In this document: in pieces, positions 24,481 through 37,000 of the stretch
How the letters are laid out: the number at the start of each line of letters is the position of its first letter
Position numbering within the stretch: position 1 is the first letter of the stretch
Assembly: GCA_965637545.1 (NCBI GenBank)
Contig: OZ281500.1
Location: 9,486,001-9,550,000 of the forward strand
Source: Phallusia mammillata
Lineage: Eukaryota
Reading direction: 5' to 3'
DNA length: 64,000 bases
Program-made: the position numbers and the translations under genes
The notes under the pieces: generated by a model
The model's input: only the letters and a program-made list of their open reading frames with translations
Told to the model about the DNA's origin: nothing
The model's database searches: none

Positions 24481-27400
24481 AAGGTCTGTTTTGCGTATTT
24501 TTGAGACGAAATTGGGTTTGATGCTCCAGGAGACTCCCGGTCAAGTTTTTTTGTGTCTGCTGTATATTAGCCAGACGCGTCAGACCATTCGGCCAAGTTC
24601 CAGGGTTCTAAGCTGGTAAAAAATGGATTTGATAAACCCTTTCCTCGACCTTTGTCCACTGGGTATGAACGCTTGTGTTACATATAATCTGGTTAGGGTT
24701 ATCCAACTTTTTGTTGTTGGGGGACTTTAAAATCGTTAACTTACTCCGCGGGCTAGTGCCTAAGAAATACTGTTTCTAGATTCCAGTGATTAACACATCA
24801 TTACCAAAATCCAGACATCGCATTTATTAGGCTTAGATTGCATAGAACGCAAAAAACATAATTTTCAGATATTCTCTGTCGTTTAATCCTCACATTTTGG
24901 GACATCGAAAACAAAAATTATCCTTGTCAATAAAACGTTGGACTTTCGCGGGCCAACAAAAATATCTCGCAGGCCACAATTGGCGTGCAGTTGGACCACG
25001 TTGAACCAGTTAATACATTTCAAGGTCCGTTAATTTAAAATTGTCTATGTCGTAAAATCAAACACTCTTATATCTTCCTCAGCTTAATTTTTCACCGCGA
25101 TTTTATACGTCTTGTCCTGTGTTGAAGTATTTTGGAAACAAAAATTAAATCAACGTCAGTAAAAGTAATTTACATAAAAAATGGGCATATATCTTTAACC
25201 CGTACGATTCTGACCAAAAACAAATTTGAAAATAAAAACTAAAAAACAATTAGCCCAACAACCAACAACATTGTCTGTTTAATGTCCAACAAAGCAAAAC
25301 CAACAAAGAACGAAATCATGCTTGCTACAGGGATTGACCTATAAGGGCCATGTTACCCAACTTTTTTGTCTTATTGGACGAAGTTCGGCTAATAAACTTG
25401 CTGTCCTGACCTGCTGGTCAACACCACACAATGATTGGCAAACTCTCAGTCACTGCAACGACGCAAGAACCATAAATCATAGTTCCCCCTTTTCACATGT
25501 TTAATCAGAGGAACGTTTCGTTTTAAAACATTACATCAGTTGTTTATTTTAAAAACGACATTTACAACCAATTTGTTGTTCCCTCTACTTGTCAATGTTG
25601 TGAAGCAAAATGTCTTTCTAAAGCCTTATCGATGAAATAGTGACTATAACGTAACATTTCAAGCACCTACAGTTTGGACCTGTCCCTATACTTGTCAATG
25701 TTTACTTTTTTTGTTTCTTTGCTTACTTCTTCATGGTGCTCGTAACTGAGGAGCGAGTAATTACACACATTTAAGCAAACTGACGCAGCCTACCTTACCC
25801 AAAGCAACTTACACGGGAAAAGCAAGTCGTCTCTCATTCCCAAAACAAACCACAGGCAATAAGTGGTACGTAGGAGTAAATAGGAGAACTGAACTGCACA
25901 TAGTAAGTGTCAGGCAACATTTGAGTAAGATTCCACAAACCGTAGTGTTGGGAAGTTGGTACAATTAGGAGATGATTCGTGATTTATATTCGGGTTATTT
26001 TATATGTCAGCTACCGTGGTTAGCTGCATGACTCAGATACTACAGCGGCTCGCACCCGTTAAAACGGCTACAATTTGTGGTTGTTTGGCCACTGGCGCGG
26101 AATTTCCGTGGTGCTGTAAGCATATCAATTAAGGCGGAAGATAAGAAAAACGAAAAATGTATGGTCGGAAGCCAGGGTCATTTCCCACCACTACCGTGGG
26201 ACCTGCAATAAACAGTTAAGTGTTTCAAACGAACAACCGAAATAAACAAACAGCTGTTTACATGTTTTTGCTTTATCAGAAGCCGCAAAATGTCTGAGAT
26301 CTTGTCATGCAATGTTGCCTTAACGATTCAAAAAACACCCAGTCAAAAGCATTTTCATTGTGTAGATACTATACGTTCAGAGGTGAACTGACAGCAACCG
26401 GTTAAGTACAGACAGTAGCGTTGTTTAATCAAAAGGTTTTTATCTGGCTTGCACAAATTTAACTACCTCTACACACGGCTACGCGGGCTGTGAGCGAAAA
26501 AGGCAGACTGGCTCGGTGAAGCATAAAGGATCTTGTTGATGTGCCATCCGATAGCACACAACAGTACTCATGAGCATCAGACAGAATGAGTGCAATGAGA
26601 GGAGGATATAAGTGGGTGACAAGTCGACAGGTACGGAACATGCTACAGTAAGAACTGCCATCAGATTTTAGGGCATGTATTGTAAGCGTTAAGTCTGGGC
26701 ACCGTAGTGTTTATACCCCAGTGCTAGTGTTGGGCTGTGCGCAATGTAGACTAATACGCTAATGAATTTAATGATTATGACTAATGATTATGTTGATATC
26801 ATGCATATGTAAAGCCGTTCAATATCAAAAGTACCTGCGTATCAAGTAAAGGGCATATCCAACGCAACTGACTCTGTGTTGTGAGAACCAACGGCTTTTG
26901 CACGTTGTTTGCCCCGGTGAAATAGTTTTGAAGTAACGAATTCCTTCTTTTATTATCCCTCGAGGGGCTTTCGTGGCCCCGAGGTTGTAAGCCGCCTTTG
27001 ATCACTGATGCAATGGAAGTGCGATCGACGCGTTGTCTGCCGCAACTTTTATGGTACTAAGGTAGAAGTGTTGGCAAGGTGATAGGTTCTTTAAATGTCG
27101 ATGTGTTTCTTAACAGATTTGACATGCGCGACCTGACATGCAATGCTTGGGGGCGTTGCTGCTTGCAAGGAAATTCGATCGTGTGTGTGATGTACTGACT
27201 TGAAATTTGCTTCAGAAATTTTGAAAGTAGTTTATTTTCAGCATGTGAAAGAAATACTGTTTGTATTCTTTAGATACCAGAAGGAAGAAATCTTTACAGT
27301 TAACTTACGTTCGTTTTTACTTAAAAGCTATCTGGTGTATTGGGTGCTGGACAGTTTGTATTGTCTTGCTAAATTATTCCAAGCAGCAAATATAGGTAAA

Positions 27401-28031
27401 ATTGTTAAACAGTGATGTGTTACGTGGAAATTACGGAACAAATCTAAAGACGTGCAGCAGCTAGACGAAAATAAAGACACTAAGGGACGGGTAGTATTAG
27501 GTTAAATTGACCTCCAAATTGGCCGTTCACTTTGGCTTTGTTCGAGGGCTTACGTAGGAAATATTGCCTGATAGACGACCACCTTTTGACCGGAAAAATG
27601 TTTGCGGTTGGTATAGCGAACAAAGAAAACATATTCTAACCGGTTTTGTGCTTCAGTAAATAGAGATTCCACTTTTGTTCCCATCATTGTTTGCTGTGAG
27701 AACGTGTCTTTGCACATTTGATATTAAATCGCAAGTCGTATCGTATGATTGTCACACTTGCAATAACGGTACATTCGGTCTTTTGTTAAAGAACTGAGAA
27801 ATGATGATGGATTAAAGTCAAAAATGACTTTTCTGGTTTTATCACGTAACAAAAGTATTGTTAAATCACTTTAAAATGCTCTCCAATGTATGGTATATAG
27901 GAGATTAACTTACGGCTCTTTTGTACGGAAACTCAAATTATGGTGATCAAACCATACATCACACGTTCTAACCGGATTTACATTTCTACAGGTAATTTTG
28001 CATGTAACAACGTCTGCAGTAGCAAACTGAA

Positions 28032-31000
28032 ATGTCCGCACCATCCAAGAAAGCGCTGCAAGACAATAAAACATGTCAAGTTCGTTCAATTCGAGGATTC
28101 GTGTTTTTTGCTGGAATTGTGATGTGTGGACAAATGTCTCTGGCTATTTACAGCAAAAGCGTCTTAACCAATATTGAGAAAAGATTCGAAATTTCAAGCT
28201 CTCTCGCTGGTTTCATCGTTGGATCATTCAACATCGGCAATTTGCTGTTTGTAGTTGCGGTGAGTCAGCACCCTGACATAATCTAGTCCAGCATGTTGGG
28301 CGGTCGTCCAAAAACCGATCATGATTCGGTTTGTCTCGACTGGATTGCTTGGCAAGCGGATATATTAGGATTAATATGCCATTTTCTCCCCTGCAGTGGG
28401 TTTGTCCCAAAAAACAGTGTGAATGGGCGACAATACAGAGGATGACCTTTTGATCATAGACAAATGCAGATTTAGATTTAATTGTAGTTATTACAGGCCC
28501 TGACTTCTAAAATTAAATTAAATTTTCATTTGAACTTAAAACGAGACTAAAATAAACGGCATAAAAATAACCTGTATCTGGCTATTTCTTACAATACCTA
28601 TTAGCCACTGGTTGAATCGCAGTCCGCCCAGCAACACATGTTTGGTGGTGCGGTACCGATCGCTTGTTTTTCCGACTTAGGGCATTGGCGAGTTTACATT
28701 GTTTTAATCATCACCAATTGCCGCCGCGACAAGTTCAATGTACATGCACCAAGTTCAAATGGTTTTTAAGTAGCGGCTTGTTCGCTATTCAGGATGTAAT
28801 CGAAGGCAGGTTGACATGTAGGTTGACGACCAAAAGTACGTGCATAAACTGCTGTGTTGTGGTAACGCTGATCCCGTATTTGTGTGATTGAGAGGATATT
28901 TTTGCCCTGCCCGCATGTCAAAGTAACCAAGTACAGTTTTCCTGGAAATTGTGTTTTATTGAAGTTTTTACACAGTATTCCAGCAGAAAAATTGTCTTTG
29001 CATTTGTTTGAATAATAACGTTATACACATTCGCAGTATGAGTGGCGTTTCACATTCACGTTTACAAAAGGTTTTCATTTTCATACTTCGAACAAAGTTC
29101 TAATACATTTTTGCAACAGATAGGCCTACTCAAATAAGATATTTACATGTTTACCACAATCGTAAAAAATCAAGAGAATGTTTATTTTTTTCCTGTGTAA
29201 AAATGAGTTATCGCGAAGTAAAATGTTGAGCTCATCTTTTATGTGAACATAACAGTGTGGTGCATAATTTAAAAAAAACTACAAAAAAAATTCATCATAG
29301 GTTATTATTTTATTATGGGTCCCCTTCTATGAAGGGGACACATATTGTTTTTGTCCGTATTTTTTTTATATTTTTTTTTCTTTTTTTCTTTTTTTCTTTT
29401 TTTCTTTTTTCTTTTTTCTGTCTAACGCTGGTTTGTTAAACACGTTTGGTCAAGAAAGAGTGCTCCAAATTTATTAAAATTTGGACAGATGTTACATATT
29501 AATCCAAATTTGATCCTCCTAAAGTTTGACCCCGAATGACCCAGCGGTTCACCCACAGGCCCCCAAAACGTAATTTTTTTAAAACGGCTGTACTGACTAA
29601 AGTACATCATCTAGGAGTTATGTGCTCTGTTGGTTGGTGCAATGTCAGGTTTTCTAAAGAATTTTCTAACTTTTAACAGGATTTACCCATTTTTACCCCT
29701 TAAACCCCGAAATATTCGTTTCTGTCAAACGCTGGTTTGTCAAACGCGTTTGGTCAAGAAAGAATGCTTTAAATTTATTCAAATTTACACAGATGTTAGC
29801 TATCGTTTTAAACCTGATACTCTTAAAGTTTGACCCCGAATGACCCAGCGGTTAACCCACAAGCCCCCAAAACGTAAATTTTTTAAAACGGCTGTACTGA
29901 CTAAAGTACATGATCTAAGAGTTTCATGCTTTGTTGGTTGGTGCAATGTAAAGTATTCTACATAATTTTCTAATTTTTTATTGGATTTACCCATTTTTAC
30001 TCCTTTAACCCCGAAATAATCGTCACCCCTTAAATCCCGAAATAATCTTTTTTGGTTTTAGGCCAGAAATACAAGCCCTAATGTGCTGAAATTTGAAACA
30101 TTTGTTTGCAGTGGTTTACTCGTTTAGTATTCAAAAATTTGCCTTAATCGGCCAAATAATGACTTTCACAGCCCATAGTTCGTGTACACTGTCAGTCAGA
30201 CAGAAGTCCCAAGGGAGTCATTCACTGGTTAACGATTAAAACGGTTTTGTGCTGAGCGGGAGGGATCAGATTGACGTCCGGACAGACGTTTTAAGAGACA
30301 GTCTTTTCGGTGATTAGAAATCAGCTGTGTTTTTTTTCCTTAAGAATCTAAAAATCACCGCAACATTTCTTTGCTGTAAATCCGCACAGACATGCGTGTG
30401 GGGACCCATCAGTTTTTGTTTACAAAAACAATCATATGTGTAGATCAAATGATGTGTATAGTAAATTGGTAAATATCGTATAGAATATATAAAATGAAAG
30501 TATATCAAAAAGCCACCCTTCTAGTTTATCCCTTGAGTTACTTATATAGTAGCTGCAGAAACCCCGTTCACAAAGACGGTGCCGGTTTCACAAAGACGGT
30601 GCCGATCCCTAGTGTATCGTTTTTAAAGTATTATTGCATACCAAAAGGGTTTTACGATAGTGAAGTGTAAGGGCGTGGTTTTAGACTAGTGTAATCAAAA
30701 CTTTAATTAAATCACAAATTTGGGAACTTCATAGAGGTCTGCTACAAAATCTACATAAACGTCAAGTGTATGATACACTTTTAACTGTGCAACTTAATAA
30801 CATGTGTTATTTCCTATCATGTTCCACATACAAGATTTAAATTAGTTTGCTTTCGATAAGCGTACATCCCGAAATCTGTATATTCTACAACATATTTGAT
30901 TCTATTCCCTTAGTACACCGCATACAGTATTTTCATGTGTCAAGCAAATAAGAGATATTTGACATTTCCTGCAATGAGCGCAAAATTGATGCTAAAATTA

Positions 31001-34000
31001 ACTTTGGTTTCGTTTGATTGACAGGTTAGCAAGCTGAGCAGCAAGCGACACAGACCACGAATTATGGCATTGGGTTCTTTGCTGATTGCTGTTGGTGGAT
31101 TTGTCAACGCCATTCCACATTTTGTCACCAGCCCTTACCAGCCATCGCTACTGTAAGTTTGTGGTTGGTATAATTAACGGTATTTCAAGTTGTATTGCCA
31201 CAATACAATGCCACACTGTAAAGCAAAACCACAAGCATTTTATTTGCGATGTTAAACAAGAAAGAGGTTAAGGCTTCAATTGTTAAGGCACTGTGACGTT
31301 ATAAGGCACTGGAACAATGTGACGTTATAAGGCACTGAAACACTATGTGACGTTATAAGGCACTGGAAACCAACACATCGCAAAGTTAAAGTTTGTAGTA
31401 TAGTGCTGGCTATGTGGAGGACAGAAACAAATAGTTAAGTTTTTATCACAACCAACACAGAGATTAAAGACTGTCGCCAGCCAATTTCTACAACTGCTGT
31501 GCAGTGAAAATTTTACACACATTTCGTGTTTATGATGTAAAAGTATGTTGCGACCAACGTACAGTTTATGACGCGATTACTCCCTCCCGTATCCGCAAAC
31601 CTAACACGATTTCCTTTGTGTTGTTCGGTGTTTTAAGCATATCCTGCAGTTTGTTCGTCACTTCCATCCTAGGAGAATATAACACCCTCATTAAACACTA
31701 TTGTATTTCGAAGCACCGTATACAGTAGTTTTCTTGTGACCGGCGATTGTGATTCGGTTATTTCGGTTTTACATGGATTGTTCAGAAAAACTAAACGTTT
31801 TCCCACAAATCACAAGTAACTGTATTTTTAGAAACGAAACGCAATCAATGACCGACTGTCCTGGAACAAACAACAACGGTACAACTACGTATGTAGACAA
31901 TGGAGTTGGGTCACATCTCTTTCTTGTGCTCATTCTGGGCGAAATTCTGCAGGTTCGTAATGTTCAAAAGGGTATAAATAAGAAGTAGAATCTACTATTT
32001 GTGTTTAGTTTGAAGAAGTAGTGGAAATCGTGTCTAAAATATGCATGAAACACAAATAATTAGCGAAACAATTAATTTATCGAAATTTGCTTTTTTAACG
32101 ATTTATGCGCTAAAATGACCACTATAAATTAATACACTTCTCTACATTGCTCGGCTTGTGCAGAAATTATGGAATCATTCTACGAACAATACACATTGAG
32201 ACGTCTAATAAGACAAATATGACTAAGCTGGATGGTTTCAGGATGCGAATATTCCATTGTTGCGGTGATTCAGTGGTGAATAATTGTTGACCATGCGGTC
32301 TATCCGTTCTATTGTCAAGCGAGCACGCATAGTCTACATTCGCGAAACGTGCTTTACCAGTGAGATCTGAAACGAGTAGTACTTTGACAAACCTGAATAC
32401 ACACGCGCAGGAATCTATGTGTCAACAGTCAAATAGCCACATGCCACTTAAAAGGAAAAACTTAGCCTGACCACCGCAGAAGCAGCCTGTGCAACCCCAT
32501 TCACGCTTTAGTACATGATTTTCATGCAGTGTGATTGTATAGTTTTTTTTTGACAGGGCATTGGGGCGACTGTTCACATTCCGGTATCGTCCTCATACAT
32601 TGATGACTTCGCTCTCCCATCCAGATCTCCAATATACCTCGGTAAGTTTGAGAAGTTACCTTAGACAAAAATATTTTGACGTAGATATATATTTTTACAT
32701 TTCTACAAACTTAACATACTCGAAGATTTATGCAATAACCCAAAATTGCCAAAACCGTGGTTTAAGTTGAATGAAATTAACCCTTTCCCTCTGCATCGGT
32801 CTGTTGATCGTGTATGGCTTCTTCAGACAGTCCTGTCGATTACATTGACATAAATTGGCACGTGTTATGAATACATCAACTTGAACTTTACGCTTGGGTT
32901 CATTGTTTTCAAACCGTACTTCTTTCTGTAACTCGCGTTTACTGGCAACGTGTTTTTAAGGCAATCTAGCCGTTATGGTGAAAGCTTGGCATGCATGTGT
33001 TGTCAAATACTTTGTGTGAAGTTTTACTTTTGAACTTTTTGTTTTTTCTCAAAACATGTTTTGTTGCGCTCCGCCTCACGTTCACTTACGCCAGGGTCGC
33101 ATCAAAAACGAATTGCATCTTATTTGAACGAATAATCACCAGCTATGGCAAATATTGTACGTGTGTTGGCTTTATTGGCTTTTGCGAAGTATCGGCACAC
33201 ATTTTTTGAGTAATGTGTGTGGTTATTTGGGATGCGAACCACTCCTTTATGGCTAACAAGCCGAAATTAAATAATAATTTAATTCACCACTATACATGAT
33301 TTTTTACTTCACAGCTAACCTCTAGCAAAAGTCAAAAAACTATGATTTGGTTGAAATCGGCTTTATGTTTTCAGCATAGCTTAGCTTTTATATATATATA
33401 TAGCATGGAGTTTTGTAAAAGGCGAGATCCGACAATAATCCTACTAAAATTTTCCCGAGAATATTACGTCCCATGTTGTGGGTTTGTCGTTTATTGCCAG
33501 CTTTAAAAACGAGGCTGCAGGGCTTATTTACCCTGAGGTAATAGGCTTTTCATCGTTTTGCAGGAATTTCCTTTGTGTTCCAAAACATCGGGCCGGGAAT
33601 CGGGTACGTCATAGGGTCATGGACTTCAAACATTTACGTTGATTTTGATCGAGTCCCGGCGGGTACGATTTTTTTTGTTTTTATTTTTTTTGAGTTTATT
33701 TTGTAAACTACATGTTCGGCAACTGGGCACATCAAGCTCTGCTGCAAAATTTTAAACTTGCCTTGACGAGTAGTTACCTTACCAAGCTTTTGACATCTTG
33801 AGAAAAGAAACCCAGATTAAAGACAGGCAACACGGCGCGAATGTTTGCTTTGTGTTCCGTTTGGAGCTCACCATGCGTGTAAGATCCTGCACCGTTTGTC
33901 TTCAAACAGATTAGCGCCGCTGGCGTATTTTAACTGGCCGAAATCCGCTCAAGCCTGAAGCTGGCCTGTTTAAAAAAGGTCGCGGCCTTGGCCGACTGCC

Positions 34001-37000
34001 AATGCATGATTGGGTTATGCGAGTTTAGTTTTTCAGGCCTAATAGGACACTTGAAACCTATAGTATCTGTAGCTTATTCTATGCAAAAAGATAATAACCG
34101 TAATTATAAACACCAAAAGTAAAACAGTTCGTTGACCACAACTTGTTTTATGGAATACTCTCTTTTATACCACGATAGGAATACAAAAAAGTTTTAAGCG
34201 TCACAAAACGATTTACAACAAGTTTTCGATAATTTAGAAAATGTGACAATCACTAGTGAAGACAAAACGGTTTGGATCGGCGCTTGGTGGCTGGGCTATC
34301 TGGTCATCGGCACTTGGGTTGCGCTGGCTGCTCTTCCTCTATTACTCTTTCCTAAACGACTTCCAAAAGAAGTTGACAGTGATTGCGACCCCGACTGTGA
34401 TGATTCGGATTCGGTGGAAATGCGACCTCTCGAAAACGGCGGGTCGATTGAGAGCAAAGAACATGGAAAAGGTTCAGACGAGGACACTAGTTTCCCGCTT
34501 GTGTCTGGAGATGCCTCGTCAAAAAATCCCACTCAAACGCAAAACGAAATTGGGTTCTGGCAAGGTAACTGTGAACTCCTTACAGTGTTTGTGTAAGTGT
34601 TTTGGGTTGGTTTGACTTCCTCCAAACTGCATCCAAGCCTTTTAGGATTTCAGCATATCTATATAACGTCGAAATGACACAAAATCGTATTTAATGTTTC
34701 GATCTGTTTCTGGGTCAATCATTAAAAAACTCTAAAAATAGACTTAAATATTTGTGCCGTCGTGCACATAAAATCCAAAATCATCAAACTAAAGTCTCAT
34801 AAAACGATTGATTAACAGTTATTTTTTATATGTTTTAAAACACAACTATTTGTTTGAGTATGAATGCAAACATCCTGGTTGGTCCCCTTTGCTAATTTAA
34901 ATGTGATGACATATGTAACATGAATGATTCACTCGGGAACATGATGTTCGCTGTTGCCAAAGTCGTGATTATTTCCTCGCCGAGGGAATTGTACAACACG
35001 ATTGAACAATGTACTTGAAGTTGGTTTGGTTGTGTACCCTGTGTGTACAATATATTATTTGATACTCTGTTATCTCCTGATAACCTTAATAGATCGAAGT
35101 TGGTTTTTAGGCAGTTTTTACCCATTACCATCGAGAAAACATAGGTCTACCATTTAACCTAGTTAAACTTAATTTATACATTATCTGCTATTACAACTGC
35201 ACGTTTTTAATCCGCTTTTCATGCACTATTTTTCAAGCGTTCTGCGTAACCCGACACCGATAATAAAATGAACATCTCATTTCCTACTTTGGCCTCTTTC
35301 TACTATAGCAGCAAATAGCCCCACATATTTCCGCTTATTTTCTAATCACCAAGTGTTAATACACTAGCTGTTCAGCAGAGTCTGAATGATCTTTGTTGAA
35401 ACAACAACATTTTCGTAAAAACCAAAGCCGTGTTTGTTTTTATTCAATTACTTCAGCGGAACGTGAAACCAACTAACCACATGGCGATAAATCAAGATCA
35501 CATTTTCTTCCGCAAAATTGCAAGTGTTTAAATTACACCTCCTTCTTCTTTTGTAGACTTTGTGACAACCGTCGTTCGTCTTCTTTCCAATGCGCCTTAT
35601 GTCATGGTTATCTGCGGCTATTCAGGGATTATGTTTGTCACCGGTGCTTTGACGGCTTTCATGCCGAAACTTCTGGAACAAGCTTTCGACAAGTCGTCAG
35701 CCGATGCGAACTTCTTATTTGGTAAGTCGACTTGTGATGTTTCCTACTGCTTGCTTTCCACTTACTATTCCGTATTTTATTACTTGAATGCTCAGAAGAA
35801 GTAATTTTAGTTAAAGTTTGGATACATACAATGGATTTATGCTTGTCAATTCGCTGTGAAAGTAAATGGATGCTTTGTCTTGGTGCAATACGCACGATAC
35901 GCCGATCAAAAGCTCATTTATCTTTAACTTATGGGTGGCCGGGAGATAGATTATTATCGGGTTTCGCGGATCTACGTTTGATGTATTACCGGTTTGGATT
36001 CTATGAAACGTGTTGCTCGCAGTTGTGTATTATAATCTGATTACTGCCTAAAATTTGTAAATTACACCATTTCTGCACGTCAATTTTGCTTCAGGCGTGC
36101 AGCTACGCTATTTGGGATTGCTACGGTGTTTTTATCTCATTTTTTATTGTCAAAGAAAACAGTTACTAGGATACTTGTAACAGGTGGCGAAACCTCAAAA
36201 CGCTATCTCATATTTACCACATAACACATTCCGACCCCTTGCCTTTGCACCGTAAAGTTTGGTTTCACGCTAAAGTGTGCAAAGCAATCTCTTTGAGGTG
36301 ATTCAGCTGGATTGTACAAGCTCAGTCTTGGACTTGAAAAAGAGGGGCGCCATAGCAAATGAACTCATTACCCGATTACTACAGCAAACAAGGGCAATCG
36401 TGCTTCCTTGTACTAGTTCAACGGTCGCCAGGGCGTCTGCAAGTGAATCACTCACCCCGGAAGTGCTACCGGTATTGCTTCCGTTGTAAGCCAGAGCGCC
36501 GACACAGGAAATTAAGTTACCGGCGTCAGGTTGAAATGTTGATATAAGGCTAATTGCTGAGTAGCATTTCGGGCTTTGGAATCTTGGCAGAATATCACTG
36601 AAAACTGATCCAAAAGGTTTGGGATAGCCAACTGTTGTTAAAAGTTAATTGCCGAGGTCTTTTAAAATAAACTTTAGGGCACCTTGCAATTGTTCTGATA
36701 TCCATATTTGATGTTAGGTAGACTGTAAAGCAGCTTGCTTGTCGAAAACTCCACCACCGTACTGTTGTGACCTGGCATTTTGGGCTCCACGTGCATGTCA
36801 GTGAAAACTATGCAATTACTTCGGCAGCGACCCGTAACTTTTCAAGCGGTGTTTGCACTGTTTGGTTTATATCGAAATGGGTAACTTAGCGATGTTGTAT
36901 TTGTTAGAATTTCGTGAAAACTCCCCAAACTAAGTCCACAAGTATTTACCTTTTAAACCAATTTAAATCACTGTCGTCTTGCACTTTTACATTGACATTT

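Noticed and set aside
26958-26984. Hairpin cctcgaggggc...gccccgagg as a Helitron or HINE end
   Set aside because: No matching terminus, microsatellite or second copy was found, so it cannot be called.
31284-31369. Short direct repeats considered as a CRISPR-like array (also 50440-50535)
   Set aside because: There are no unique spacers, the context is eukaryotic intron, and the second array is internal to a MITE.
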